64,000 nucleotides of DNA from Hydrolagus colliei (lineage: Eukaryota), in NCBI GenBank assembly GCA_035084275.1, contig CM068761.1, forward strand, positions 8,618,001 to 8,682,000, read 5' to 3'. Below the pieces are notes generated by a model, which was not told the DNA's origin, did not search any database, and saw only the letters and a program-made list of their open reading frames with translations. Positions 35,957 through 49,695 of this stretch are shown here, in pieces (position 1 is the first letter of the stretch; every line of letters starts with the position of its first letter). A program made the position numbers and the translations under genes.

Positions 35957-38030
35957 CTGGAACAAAAATGTGGATACAAAAGTTTAAACTAAGTTTTTGT
36001 TCATGATAAGTTACAATCGACTGTTGAATAGCAGGACAAAACTTCAGGATCACCAATAAATAATCCTATACAGTATTTAATATTCCTGTAAATGGTAAAA
36101 CATTTTCTTGTGTGGAGTTTTAGATGGTACATTTCAACTGTGACAAAGTGTAACAATGTAAAGAGAACAATGAGTGTTGGGGTCATCATACACCATCACA
36201 CACCGTTCATTATTATACTATCAATAGTTTGCTGCTGAGAGCTCAAAGGATAATAATCGTCGCATTTGATATAGTGCTCTTGACGTCTCAAATTTCTCAA
36301 AATATACTATAGGCAGCCAATTGCGCACAGCGGTGTCTCACAACCAGTCTTGGATTGAAACGACCAATTTATGATAGTGCTTTTGGCACTGGGGAACACT
36401 TGTTCAAATTGTCCTGCGTTGAAGTAATGAATACCAACTATCATAAGAAATAACACCAGAAACTAAATATCGCGTCACAGGGAGTACGCAGCGGGAGCTG
36501 CTGATTGAAAGCTCAGTGAAACATCATTATTAATTGTATAAAGTTTGTATAGAGAGTACGAAACTGAATATAGGAAGAAAACAAATGTTTTCCGTTTGAC
36601 CAAACACTCTGCACTGAAAAACACTTCATGAGCACAATCAAAATCCAATCTTTGATTTGTTGCAGACAGGAGCTTCCGATTTCACAATAATTTATTTGGC
36701 ACCGTGTTTGCTGATTTCAGTTCATAATTAATAGCGCACAATACACAAATCACAATACACAAATCGGAATCCCTTTAATATGATGCCTGAGGGAAATAAT
36801 AAAGTTAAGTTTCAAGGGAGAAAATGTATTTTGACCAGATTGAGCCGGCGCTCAGCCTCTGTCTTTAATGAGCGATGATTCCCATCTGACCAACTGCAGC
36901 AACTTGTGGTGAAAACCATGATATTATTGAGTCTCTCCAATGGTGCTGCCCTTGGTGACATCAAGCACGGAATTGGGAGAAATTATTACGTTTCTATAAT
37001 TAGAAATCTGAAGATACATTTGCGCCATATATTGTAATGTAGAAACGTATTTTAAAGGGGGTAGTGGGGAGAAAATAAAACATTTGAAGAAATCCGAATA
37101 GAAATCTGGAATAGAAAAATGTTAAAATGCAAAGACTGTTGATGGCAACAACACGGAGCAGATTATAACATTTGAGATATTTTGAAAATAATGGATTCGT
37201 TTCGAAAGCATAATGATGTTGAGTACAAACTCCGCTACAGTTATTCTCTATCATCCATATATCAGTTACATATAATGTTACTCAGTCTCAAAGTAGTTTA
37301 AATTTTCAAAATGATCATTTAGTCACAGACGAACACTATTTTCAGGGTATCCGGTTCCCTATGAGATTGAACCGCTCACCAATCGGTCCATTAGACCCCA
37401 GCGACAGTCACCTGATGGAAAGATGGTGTTGATCTCCTTATGATGGAGATTCTTTTAAACATCACTTCGTGCTGACAAACTGGCAAAGAGGTAAACAGGT
37501 AAACATAGAAATTAAATAATCTGGCACAAAGAGATTTAACGTCAATCTCAGGTGTGAAGTGTTAACTCATTTCCCTGGTGTAGCTCATTCTTTACCAGGA
37601 TCTCTAAGCAGTGCTTCAGTGAATCTGACATCTTCAGTCCTTCAGATTGTTCAATATAAATATCACTACGATTAACTCCTCTTGGATAATGTCATTCCTT
37701 CCTCCACCTTTTTGCATTTTGTTAGTTTTCTGTACTATCCATCGAAATTCTTCACAGATTGTCAATTAAGATCAAGTTTCGCGTGTTAGTTTCTTTAAAA
37801 TTGCCGATTTCGACATAAAAGGTTTGTCATTGCGAAGATTTTAACCAAGTGCGACTATTACAGAAAGCGTGTGAAATGATATCGAATACAGCCAAACATA
37901 CAAATATATTTGGACGTCCTCCTGACTTGAAAGTCGCTACACAAGAGCAATGTTGTTGTTATTATTATTGTGAAAACTGTAGGAGAATTAGATCCCAATA
38001 ATCATACAATATTGAAACAAGATCACTTCC

Positions 38031-38540
38031 TTTTCAAACTCAGCTTGGTCCCTTTAACAAAGATGAAGCTGCTGCTATACCAGCCACCACAGTAGTATTC
38101 GGCGGCGTCCTCCGGCTGCACACGGCTGTTGGTTAAATGCATGGCATTGTTCGATGAGTCCACAGAACCAGTGAATCGATCAGGAATCCCTTGACCTCTG
38201 GCGGAGCTACTACTGTACTGATACCAAACAAACACAGGGGCGCTGCCAGGCTTCTGCTGGTACCAGCTCGTGTAGTCGCTGCCGATGCTGCCTCCGGACA
38301 TGGTACAGGTGATCTTGACGGTGTTTCCCGGGGAGGTTGAGATGGACGGTGGCTGAGTCAGGGTAACAGCTGCGGTTGTTCCTGGAGAAATAATAAGTCA
38401 CAGATAAGTCACACTGTAGATAGGTCACACTGTAGAACTAACTGTACAAAGTGAAGGTAATTGAGATCAGGGCGGATTCCGCAGCGCTTACCATGCAGAC
38501 ACAGGAGCAAAGTGGCCAGAACTCGGAGCCAATCGCCCAT
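38031..38540 (-). pseudogene. IGLV: Germline-joined leader-VJ with dead J splice donor (unit C)
   Basis: Leader 38540-38492, VJ exon 38381-38031 (..[23 protein letters not shown]). The donor is GGAAGT instead of GTAAGT, and the J motif is FVKG instead of FGKG. The frame is open to RK*. Confidence 0.92.
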
Positions 38541-38809
38541 GGTGACCAGTTTGATGAACAGCAGAGAAATTAGTGATTCACAGACAAAACCCACTTTACT
38601 GCTAAATTGTAAACTTCTCCTTAAGAACCATCAGGTGATGCAAGTCCAGTTGAATTCATAAATTATGCAAATTGTCCTCCGACTCCCATCGTCCAATAGG
38701 AATCATTGCTCTGAACAGCAGATGGAACATCATGCAGAGTTGAACCAATTTACCGCCCGGATTTCAAAAGGTATTTCGTGATAACACTGCGTAATGTTTC
38801 ATCCTAGAG

Positions 38810-39120
38810 AGTTTGATTAAATAATGATAATAATAAATAAGAATAATAATCATCCATTTGATATGGCGTTTTTCACTTCTTCTCGGCGTCTCACAGCGCT
38901 TCACGGTATATAATGTAAAGTTAGTTGACTCTATACATATGTGGACAAAACGCTGCAGCCAATTGCGCAAAGCAGTGTCCAGCAAACAGTCATGAAGTGA
39001 AATCACCAATTTTTTTTTCGCGATTATTATCAGGCGTGTGGAGTAAGGAAACTTGCCCAAAGTTTCACCCTGCCTGGAATCGAATCCATGTTTCCCGCTT
39101 GGAGCTCTAAACACTGAGGT
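38810..39120 (-). mobile_element. tRNA-headed SINE (ortholog of 12790-13090)
   Basis: Near-identical reverse complement of the unit E copy. Confidence 0.8.
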
Positions 39121-40559
39121 AAAGTATATCAGAAAATCATGTTAGTTTTCATTTGTGGTATAAAAAAGAGTACCTTGTTTAAATTGCACAAACATAAATT
39201 ATTTACAGTATATTGGACAAGTCTTATCCTTATAAATATTCATATAGTTCACGGTTTTGCACAATGTGAATCCAGCAAGATTCGCTTGCCCAGGTTCAAA
39301 GAGGATCATACGCTGGTGAAGCTTGTTCCGATGAAAGATAATTTGTAGTTGGGAAACTTTCCTTTTTTCATTCAGTTACAGTTTACACACTGACAAGCCA
39401 CACCAGAACTGATACAGACCCTGCCGTGCAAGTCACATTTTACAGCCGGTGACAGGGTTCCTCAAATTATTTGTACGGTTTCTGGATTTCTGAAATAAAT
39501 TCTCCAATTCACCTTGCGGCAGGTACCAGCCCTGCCCTCACGCTAGGATTCCCTTTACTGCACCATGCCTCACTGCAGATGTGATATGTTTAACAGCAGA
39601 ATAATAGCGCGATTCACATTCCCCGATGATAAACGAACATATCTTTCAGGCAATGTTATAAATAATGAATAAGGTGACGTCTCTCTTGATCAGCCAGCCT
39701 GGGGAACAGCAACACTTTAGAGATAGGGGGTTATCACATACAGTGTTCGGCCTCTACAGTCAAGGCATCGCCACCGCAACCCCATGAATGGCATAACCCG
39801 TGGCCATGCCTTGACTGTACAAGGCCGTACGCAGGGGGGGTGCGACGGGTGCGTACGCACCCCCCCAAATTATAAAAGGTCCACATTTTCCGGGGTAGAG
39901 AATTGCATTTTTTTATCAAATTTAAATACCAAGTAAATTTATTGAACATTTGAGTAACAATCAGTTCTTCAAAACTATATATAAATTATAAACTCACATC
40001 TTTGAATGATTTAGTATTAATATAAAATTATCGAGTCGCACACCAGAATCGGCGTCTACCCCAAAACATACCGCGTCAATAGACCAGTCCATGACGCGGC
40101 GAGTCTGTGACTCGTGATTGGATAAACATAGGCGCCAAGACTCAAATCCTCGTTTGGAAATCATCCCGTAAACAGCCACAAAGGGACAGCACCAATGCTG
40201 GAGTTAAAATCATCTTTTCATCTGATCACCGTAAGTAAAAATGACTCAAGTTTTGAGAGGTGTGACTGTAACGCTAGCAAACAATGACAACATATTTACA
40301 AGCTTCTGAGAAATTAAAGCTTTTGAGAACCCAACAAAAAAGTTATATGCTGGACGGGAATGCCTATCTTTAAAAAAAATACTCATGGACATAGACCTAG
40401 GCTTTAGCGCCTATTCTACGTGGTGTGTCAATCGGAAATCATCCCGTATACAGTCACTACATAAAAAGGTAGCACCACTTTGTGGAAGCTGAAATCGTAT
40501 TTTAATCTGATAATGTTAGCAATTGATAATAGTGCCTTAGTACATTGTCAGACAGCTCA

Positions 40560-40935
40560 GAGCGCTTCACAGAACGTACTGTAAAGTGGCCAGTTTTTGC
40601 CCAGGATTGTCCCACAAACACCGATGGAGTGAGTCACCGATTTTATTTGGGGGCGTTTGTTGGCCAGGACAACAGGAGAGAGACTTCCCTCCGCTTTTCG
40701 AGTAGTGTCAGAGGATCTTTTCACATCCATCTAAACAGACGGATCAGACCTCGGTTCAGCATCTCAACCAAAAGAACAGCCTCTAACAATGGGACACCCC
40801 CCCCCCCCCCCCCACAGCACCACATTGAAGTGTCAGCTTCCTCTGTGTGATACCGAGTGCCGACGTGGGGTTTGAACCCATAACTTTCTGACTCAGAGGC
40901 CAGAGTGCTATTCACTGTGGCAGGCGACTCGCCAG
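40560..40935 (-). mobile_element. Old Deu-domain SINE (SacSINE1-like) carried inside the transposon
   Basis: Head AATAGCACTCTGGCCTCTGAGTCAGAAAGTTATGGGTTCAAACCC, then GCTGACACTTCA...AACCGAGGTC...AAAGATCCT...GTCCTGGCCAA. Present in all five element copies. Family name is from recall. Confidence 0.7.
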
Positions 40936-41299
40936 GTGATGCTGCTGTCTTCTATCACCTGTGGGAAACTTTCTTTCCCTCCTACTCAGTGCCTCTGAAT
41001 CTGAAGACATTCCCAAGGTCGAGGTTGCATATCTGACTGATTGACAACTGAGATTTATTTTCAGGGTTTGTGGGCAGTGTCACGTAATTGGCTATAACTT
41101 AAAGGATTGTTAACCTGCACCTGTTAGAGTTGAGGTCCCCAGAACTGCTGCCTCACACCAGCGGGATATAAAGGACAGGTGCAGTCGAGTCTGCAAAGCC
41201 ACAGCTCTTCCTACACAAATCTCTTCAACGTGACTCCTCTGAAAGTCACTCTTTCTCTCTTTGAATAATAATATAATCCGTGCATTTCATGTAGCGAGG

Positions 41300-41620
41300 T
41301 AGGTTAGGGTCGGTCTACCTCGTGTTCTGTGACCGTGCAATGGTTCCCATAGGATAGTAGGACTATGGACAGTTTCCTCCCGGCTTCTCCAGCTATGTCC
41401 GCTAAACCTAAGACGCCTCTGCGGTAATGTCTGTGATACCAGTGTGGTGGTGTACCATATAGCTCACTATTTGTCAGATGCTGTCGCCAGTAAACATTCA
41501 GGGCGTCTCTTAGAAGCCTGGTATATACCTCACGAGTCACCTAATCTCCTGGGTTTGCCTAAGTTTCCAGCATTCTGCTCCATATAGGAGCGACGTTCAG
41601 CTCTCGCGTTAATGCACATT
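41300..41620 (-). mobile_element. RTE-clade LINE 3' coding fragment carried inside the transposon
   Basis: LLYGAECW..YTRLLRDALNVYWRQHLTNSELYG..LWEPLHG..RGRPTLTY with frameshifts, typical of RTE ORF C-termini. Confidence 0.75.
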
Positions 41621-43334
41621 CATTATAATATGGAAATCGATATTGGTAGAGCGGTTGACGTATTCGCTTCAAAGCGACCGAGGCGTCTCGAATACGGAAC
41701 GCTATTAAATAATTAATTTCCCCTCCCTTATTTTTTCAAGTATTTTTTCGTCAGATCAGTATTGCTTGATGGGTCACTTCCTTTAATTTTGATTCTAAAT
41801 AAATAAAAACTAACTACACTATTGCTCACAGTTCAACGATATTTTCAGGATAATGCTGATAACAGGCTTGTAACACGTGTGAATTAACTGTTTTACACTG
41901 ATTTTCAGTTTCTGTATATTTTCTTGTCTTTTATAAAATTTGCTTTGCTGGAATTTCTGAGCACATCATTCATACTTTACTCTTACATTATTGTTCATTA
42001 CAGTCCGAAAGAAATTTAGTCTTAGGATAACAATGCAGAACAACTTATTAATTACCGTCAATCTGTAGTTTATGATCATTTTCTCTATACGCCTACATTT
42101 ATCAAGCATTCGTCATTGTACTGTGTTAATTGGATTGTAATTTACTTTATCGTTCGCATTCCTTACATCATCGAGTCAACAATCGTGTTTGCTTTTATCG
42201 GCGAACACATTCGAACTTCCCAATTAGACACGGACTACCGAGGAAAATAAAAACACTGAATAAATAATGATGCTCTTAAACACCAAGGGCATAAATACCG
42301 TTCATATTAGATCTTCTGAATCGATTAAATAAGACCTCAAACTGTGTAAAACGTCGGAACCTCGAGGGGGCTTCAGGGGCAGCCCCCAAGCCCCCGGCCA
42401 TTGTTGGTCCCATCACTAGCAATTCGCACCCCCCCAAAAAAAATCCTGCGTACGGCCCTGCTGTAGCCCACCTGAAGCTAATACTTCCCACAATAAGGTA
42501 AGCGGTGTGAGGGAGATGGAGAGAGGGGGAGAGTGAGGAGCCTCAGGATTCCATTCCACTCCCAGGGAAATTACCAATCAACCTGGCACAAATACAAGAT
42601 GGTTACTTCATGTTATTACATCTGATGTTTTTAAGAGCGATCGTCATTTGCTGTTATCCATCCCTCACACACACAGATGGAAATATTTGGGTTTGTTTTG
42701 ACTTCATGCTAGTTATTTCTTATTCGATCGAAGGAATTTACCTGGAGACAGTCGTGGTAGGAAAAAAGATAGGTTTAATATTTTTGTATATATCTATTTA
42801 TACATATATTTGTTATGACACCAATTCAAAACAAAATACAAAAGAAAATCCACGCATAGGTTGTCCACACATTTTTTTCGGTTACGTTACCTTTAAAAAC
42901 ACTCGGCAGTCGCCCGTGTGTGAATCACAGCCAGATCAGTGCCACAGTGAATTACAGCGGCTGCTTTTTCTGATAAAACATTAACAGCTGTGAATCTACT
43001 TTTCCTTCCTTTGAAAAAAGAACACACAAGTCCCATCTTCTGGACATGTCTCTGACATCTAAATTGTGATATAGATTGGAACGGAGAGTGTAAGAACAGA
43101 TTTATGTTACACAACCCGCTAAAAGAAGAACAGTCCTCAAGTGAAGCTTTCCCCCAGAAATCCCACTCACGTGTATTCAATTCTGTCCATGCGTTGCTCC
43201 CATGCACGTTTAGGACAAGTAAAAGTCAAATAACTTGCACATGCGTGGAAAACCCAGCGCTGCGTTCATTTTCAATCTGAATACTTCCATAATACATTGT
43301 CTGTTAAACTAAATGAACAGATAGATAATACTTT

Positions 43335-43680
43335 TGACCCTCCACTCCTCTACAAATCCCTATCTGTCTGATCTCCCCAAACCAGCTCCCGATGACGCTC
43401 CACCGGGTCTGGCATCCTCCATGTCCCCGAATCCTCCGCTCCACCCTCAGTGGCTGTGCCTTCAGCCACTATGCCCCAAGCTTCGGGAACTCCCTTTTTC
43501 ACTCCCTTCACCTCGCCCCCTCTCTTCCCAGTTTCAGGTCACCGTTCAAGACCTTTCTCTTCGACCGCGCCTTTGGTCACCTTTCTACCCCTGCCCTTGG
43601 CTCGGTCCCGGGATCCGCTATTGTGAAGAGCTCTGACATGCCCTCCATCGGGACGGGTGTCATATATGAACATATATGAA
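43335..43680 (+). mobile_element. L2 3' end fragment
   Basis: STLSGCAFSHYAPSFGNSL..FKTFLFDRAF with an AT-rich/GTT tail. Absent at the equivalent position of unit D. Confidence 0.8.
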
Positions 43681-44649
43681 TAAAGTTGTTGTTCGCAAAG
43701 CACCTTTCATATCAAGAGGACACGATGCTTCACAGAATATACTGTACATGCTGTTTAGAAAAATGTAGCAGCCAATTTGCGTGTGGTGATGTTTCACAAA
43801 CAGCTTTGAAATGAATGATAATTTTATTGGGGCAATTGTTGTCCAGGACACCAAACGCTTTGTTCCCCATTTGCATTGTGACATGGGATACTTAGCGTGC
43901 ATATTAACAAGAAAATGGTATTTGGTTTCAAGTGTAATCCAACGGATGGCACCTCCAACAGTGTAGGACATACACATCCGTGCATTTCAGAAGGTGATAC
44001 ACTCAAGCCTTCAAATTTGAAAACTCACTTTTATGGAAGTCTTCACATGCGATCATCCAATGCATGTTTTTGACAAGTCAAGGTCAAATGATTTGCTCAT
44101 GCATAGAAATCCAAAGTGACCATCAATAAAAAAAACTCACACTTTAAGTGTATTAAAAATGAAATAAATAATAATACCTTTGAGAAAGAACCTTTCAATT
44201 AATGATGACTTTTCATTTCAAGTGATCGTATACTGGATATATTGCGTATATTATTTAGGTAAATGTGGAAGCCAATTTGTGCATTTTAATATCTCACAGT
44301 TTCTCATCCATGATGGTCATTGAAATGAATGCTAAATTTACTTGTCATTGCTGGACAGGATACGAGGCGTTTGCTTCTTCATGTGCAATATGACATGTGG
44401 TCATAATTGGATTGTGTTTAAAGTCAGCAACTGATATCCAGTTATCATTATCATAGTTAGCATTATTTTGATTCAACTGATCAAACTTATCAACAGAGCA
44501 TAGACATATGGGACTGAACAACAACAACAAAATTACATTTATAGAGCAACTTTCACATCAGAAAGACATCCCAAGCCGCTGACCACTTTGGTGGTCTCTG
44601 AAAAAGGCGCTGGCAGCGGACAAACAGCAGGGTTACACGCCACTACGGC

Positions 44650-44920
44650 AAGCGCAGTACACAGAGATACACCTCATACATGAACAAGGTGCTGAAGCAG
44701 GTCCACCCAAACACGGGCATCCCATCGTCGGCCATGAATGTGTGAACTTGTTCTTCAATGACATCTTTGAGTGGATCGCCTGCGAGACCTATTACCTGAT
44801 CTAGTATAGCAAGTGGCAGACCATCTCATCGCGGGAGATCGAGATGGCGGTCAGGCTGCTGCTGCCGGGTGAGCTGCCGTGTTCAAGAGCATCAAGGCCA
44901 TCACCAAGTACACCAGCTAA
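44650..44920 (+). pseudogene. H2B: Histone H2B pseudogene (unit C copy)
   Basis: [49 protein letters not shown], with several indels. Confidence 0.9.
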
Positions 44921-44967
44921 GGAGCCGCTTGGTTTGGGGCATGTCAACACACTAGGCCAAATGCCTG

Positions 44968-45114
44968 ATAAACTGCAGCGGCTGGAGGCCGAGCAGGAGC
45001 TGTTCAACTCATCACTGTTCGCCTTCTCCTCCCACTTCACCTACGTCCAGTTCCACTTTAAGTAGATCATCCAGGCAGATGGTGAGGAAAAGTAGTGGCG
45101 AGATCAAGGACTTC
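44968..45114 (+). pseudogene. RUNDC1: RUNDC1-like fragment (unit C copy)
   Basis: KLQRLEAEQELFNSSLFAFSSHFTYVQFHFK*IIQADGEEK. Confidence 0.7.
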
Positions 45115-45129
45115 AGTATTGTTATTGTT

Positions 45130-45790
45130 GTTTTTTTGTTGCCACTAATTAATCATCTCCCTATTGCCCTGTAACCTTTCCCCCCTTTTCTTCCCTCGCT
45201 ACCTTTCCTCCTTTCTCTCCTCCCCTTTTACCTCTCTTCTTTGCCTATCTCTACCCCCCACTCTACTTCACTTCCCTCTTTCATTGCCTCTCTTTCATCC
45301 TCTCTCTCCCCCCCCCCCACCTCCTACCCCTTTCCTTCCACTCGCTCTTTCAACTCCACCCTCTCTATCCCCTTCCCTTTCTTTCCCCTCCCTCTCTTCC
45401 CACCTTTCTTCCCTCTTCCACCCCCCCTCTTCTCCCTCTTCCATCCAACTGCTCACTTTTCCCCCATTCTTTCCCTTTCACCCCTTTATCCCTTCCCTCC
45501 ATGTTCTCTTTTAACCCCGTTACTCCCCCCATTTCTCCCTGATTTTAACCACCCCACCATCTTTGCCTCCCTCGACACCTTACACCCTTTCTCTTTCCCT
45601 TTTCCTCCCCGACGTTACCTCACCCCACCTTTCCCTCCGTCTCCCCACTTATGCTCTTTTCCACCTTTCTCCCATAACCGCACTCCCACGATTATTCGTG
45701 GGGACTGCTGTGCGCAATTTTTGGCTGCCGTTGTTTTGCTCAAAAATATACAGTCACTTCTCTTACTCTCCTTCCTCCTACTCTGACCCT
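45130..45790 (+). repeat. Polypyrimidine (CT-rich) tract
   Basis: Low complexity, inverse paralog of 4780-5290. Confidence 0.9.
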
Positions 45791-46019
45791 TGCCCCCCTG
45801 CTCTTGTTCCTACCTGATTGCTCAGTGCTTGGGACGTCCTCCCAATGCGAAAGGCGCTATAGAAATGGTATTTTGTTGTTGCCGTTTACAAATAAACATG
45901 TGTTCAACCTGCTCCCCCATATTTCTCAATGTGTTTCCTGCCTTGTTCAGGCAAAAAGCCCTGAATAATGGCTAATTTTCTCCAGTTTAAAGTTGACAAG
46001 GTGAAGGCCATCACATTTG

Positions 46020-47370
46020 GCTCCTGTTTGCAATTCCTCACCCAAAGAACTGACAACAGCACTCTTCACAGTTATATTTTTCACCGCCCATAGCTTCTAC
46101 AAAGTGTCAGTATTCTCTTGGATGCTGATCTTTCCTTTTCCCAATATGGATGCCACCCAAAGTTCTGTATTCCTGCACTTCAACTGCATTGAACAACACT
46201 GCCACAGCCTGTCCACTTCTGCTGCAGAGACAGTCATTTTTGCATTCATCATGAAAGGCTTTCATCGTGTTTTGGCCATACTCCTTGGGAAACTTGTCTT
46301 GGAAACACTTTGCCTTGTACTGCCTTCCCTCTTTGAAATCTCATCTAAAGTACTTTCTCTTTGATCGTGCCTTGGTCGTGCTTCCACCCATCCCAATTTC
46401 AAACAAATCGCAGCACGGATGATGAGTTTTGGGCATACTCCCAATATGTATGCGGAAGACACCCAACTCTACCTTTCCGCTTCCACCCTCAACTCAAGGA
46501 CTAATGCAATTCTCACTGCATGTCTGTCCATCATTTAGTCCTCGACAATGGACAACTTCCTCCAACTAAACAACACAAGACAGAAGCCATCCTGATTCAC
46601 TCACATCAGCGCCTCCACAGCTCAGGTGCTGGCAACATCGGCATTCAAGGGTGCACTCTCCACCTCTTGAAGCCAGTCAGGAATCTGGGTGTCTTGTTCA
46701 ACCGCAAACTGTCCATCCACCCCCAAATCCGCTCCATGACCAATACAGCCTTCCAACACCTCCGCAACATTGATAGACTCCACCACTACCTCATCCCTCA
46801 TGCTGCTGAAACACTCATTCACGCTTTCATCACATCTAGACTTGACTACAGAAGAATATACAGAACTCTGCAGCTCATGGACTCTCCTGCATTAGGCTCC
46901 ACGACCACATCACTCCCAACCTCGCCCACCTCCACTGGCTCCCCATCATCCACACAGTTAAATTCCAGATCCTCATCCTCACTTTCAAGGCCATTCATTG
47001 CCTTGCCTCAGCCTATCTTTCCAACCCACTGACTCCGTATCAGCCTGCCCATCCCCACTGTTCAGCGGGCTCTTTCCTGTTCCATGTACCCCACCCGAAA
47101 CTGACCTGTCATAGTGGCCCGGCTTTCAGTCACTCTGCCCCACAATCTGGAACTCCATTCCACAACCTGTTCACCTCTCTTTCTCACTTTCCTCCTTTTA
47201 GGTCGGTCTCAAGGTCTTGTTCTTTGACCGTGCCTTCTCCTCACTGCCTAAAACACCCCCCCTGTCCTATTATCCTTCCCCCCACCCCCCACTTAACTGA
47301 TCGAGACCTGACCTGTCTATTCAGCGACTTGGGATGAAAGGCACTCTATCAATGTAATTTTGTTATTATT
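46020..47370 (+). mobile_element. Two joined L2 fragments (paralogs of 4290-4720 and 105-900)
   Basis: CTLHLLKPVRNLGVLFNRKLS..HAAETLIHAFITSRLDY. The junction near 46435 skips about 3.3 kb present in unit D. Confidence 0.8.
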
Positions 47371-48409
47371 ATCCAACTTAGATGTTTACTAAATTTAAAA
47401 CTTTGATTTTATTTTTATTTTCAATACTAGTGGTGTTGTTTTTAATCTTTATTTAGTATTAGTGTAAGAAAATGTAAACCAGAAATGTACTCAAGACACG
47501 TAATCCCTGTTGATAGCATTAGGGCCTATGCTAATTTAGGTTTCCCTATATGGTGTTTCACTTCAAATCACATTTTTTAACAACAAATCCCCAACGTTGC
47601 TTGAGCAGATCCAGTACTGATAATTACTTAAAGAGATTATATATCCACTATGTTAAAACGATTTCCTAAGTATCGTTGTCATTAAACACAAGTCTATGCC
47701 GTATCAATATGTGTTTTCCGGCATTAGGCCCACCAAAATAGAATATAAAATGGTGGTGAACGATGACCAAAAGAACATGTTTTAATCCTCCTCCCCCATG
47801 AAGTACAATCAACACTTACAGTTTTTACTCACAAATTAGCGCATGAGTCAGAATACGTCAACGTGGATCTCGGACCTGGTTGGTTGTGACAACCATTCAT
47901 TAACATTAACAAATGCAAATTCTTAGGTTACGAGAGCAGCAAACTATATTACGTGAATGGAGAACATGGTCCGCTCACTGCCGGTTGTGTTGAGTGTTTC
48001 ATTCATTTTATTATTTTATTGTTTGTATTGGTTCAATCAATTATACTATTCGCTTCCAAATAATCAATTCTCCCAATTCAATCATAACTATATGCTATTA
48101 TATTGTTACATTAGCCAGAGCTTGGGATTCATTCCATATGATTTATGTGAACATCTCGATTACAACAGTACCTGCTGCGATAGGAATATTCCAGACACGT
48201 AGTTGTCCAGCTTCCTCTTACCATAGTTCCATTTCAATGTTTTTTTCTTGCTTTGATATCGACCCACAAAGAACAGATGTATTTAGTGGTTAAATTGTAC
48301 TTATTGAATGGTTTGCAACAAAGTGAAAACATTGACAAGAATGGACAGAAGATTAAAGTATTTAAAGAAACCCCAGGGAAAACTGCGTGTGTTAAAAGGT
48401 CTGTGCAAT

Positions 48410-48540
48410 GCTGCAATGCGGAAGTTGGTAGTTTTAAGGCAGGTTTGGAGCTCACTGACCACGGGGTGGGGAGGGGAGGAACTCTACTATGAGCTCTTCG
48501 GAGTGGGTACATTATGATATTTCATTTGCATCTGATGGTC
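48410..48540 (-). promoter_or_regulatory. Candidate 3' enhancer downstream of C (unit B)
   Basis: GCGGAAGT (48418) and ATTTGCATCTG (48524). Confidence 0.55.
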
Positions 48541-49372
48541 ATATAACCTTTCAATAGGTTGTCACTCCTTTTGACAACACAAAAGCTCAGCACAATGATC
48601 GAGTGAAGCACTTGAGCAATACTTTGATTTAGTTCTATAGAGATTGGCGGGCTGGAGAGACAGGGGGCAACAGTATCTCAATGAATTATCTTCCAAACCC
48701 AAGGTGGATGTACAGCATTGTTGGGGGAGCATTTCACACGTGCTCAGCCTGTAACAACAATCATCACTTAACACTGAATATTGTGCGATAATGTGAATTC
48801 ACTTTAATTTTAATTGATGTTGAGTTTACTTTTAAGGATGGTTCTTTTTAGCAACAACATGAAAAGGATCCCAATTAACGACAAAGATCAAGAAGTTTCC
48901 AAAATTCTGCCCGATAAATTTCGAAGGCATATAAGTACTGCTTGCATGTTTAATTGATCAGATCAACTTCGTGTTTTAGACAAAATAATAATGAAACTAA
49001 GAGAAGAAATGGAAGAAAAATAGCCATGGCACAGATGGCAATGAAATATTTGTTTTATTAAGCTGTCGTATTTCTTATTTCTGTAATGGTACATAGGTCG
49101 TTTGATTATTGCATCGTGAACAACTATAAAATGCAACCATTTAATTCCAGGAAACAGAAAAATTATTGTTGCCGTATTGTAATACTCTACTTAAAAATCT
49201 AACAGCTTCTTTCCTTTAGCTGGCAATTTATCGGAGGTATTTAAGCGAATTTATTTTTCAATTCGGGGATTCCTGACAGAATTACTTTAATTTCCAAACA
49301 CTTATTAACACAGTTCTTATTATTAATGTAGATTGCCAAAGACAAATTCTACTAGCTCTGTATGTTCCTAAT

Positions 49373-49695
49373 TTAGATACAACTGGATCTGGCGATGGTT
49401 TTTTCCAGCGGAGTCCCCCGAGTCTCGTGTGTGACCAGACAGGAATACAGCTCGCGTGACTCCCACTCGGAGGCTGGCAGAGTCAGATAACTGCTCAAAC
49501 TGTACGTGTTGTCCACCTCCTGCTTCATCGCACTCGTTTCAACACCTCCACTTCTAGCACTGCCATCCACAGTCCACTTGACCTCCACAGCTCCTGGGGT
49601 AAAATCATTCACCAGACACACCAGGGTCGCCTTGCTCTTTGCTGTGATTTGATCTGGTGACGGCGGAAGGACAGTCACCGAAGGGGCCAGTGGGT
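49373..49695 (-). CDS. IGLC: Intact orphan Ig lambda-type C exon (unit B; promoter, leader and VJ deleted)
   Basis: Acceptor TTCCAG, a 323-bp open exon [39 protein letters not shown], and AATAAA at 49054-49059. Intron homology ends near 50990. Expression is unknown. Confidence 0.85.

Larger units (their letters stand above)
39820..42460 (+). mobile_element. Complete non-autonomous TIR transposon with 5-bp TSD (hAT5-like)
   Basis: 16-bp TIRs (15/16 match), CTGTA on both sides (39815-39819 and 42461-42465), and an empty site in paralog E at 12106-12110. The superfamily is inferred. Confidence 0.93.

Noticed and set aside
11146-43365. Transposon as the cause of the E/C inverted duplication
   Set aside because: E and C are only about 93% identical by eye while the element copies are about 99% identical, so the duplication is older than the insertions.
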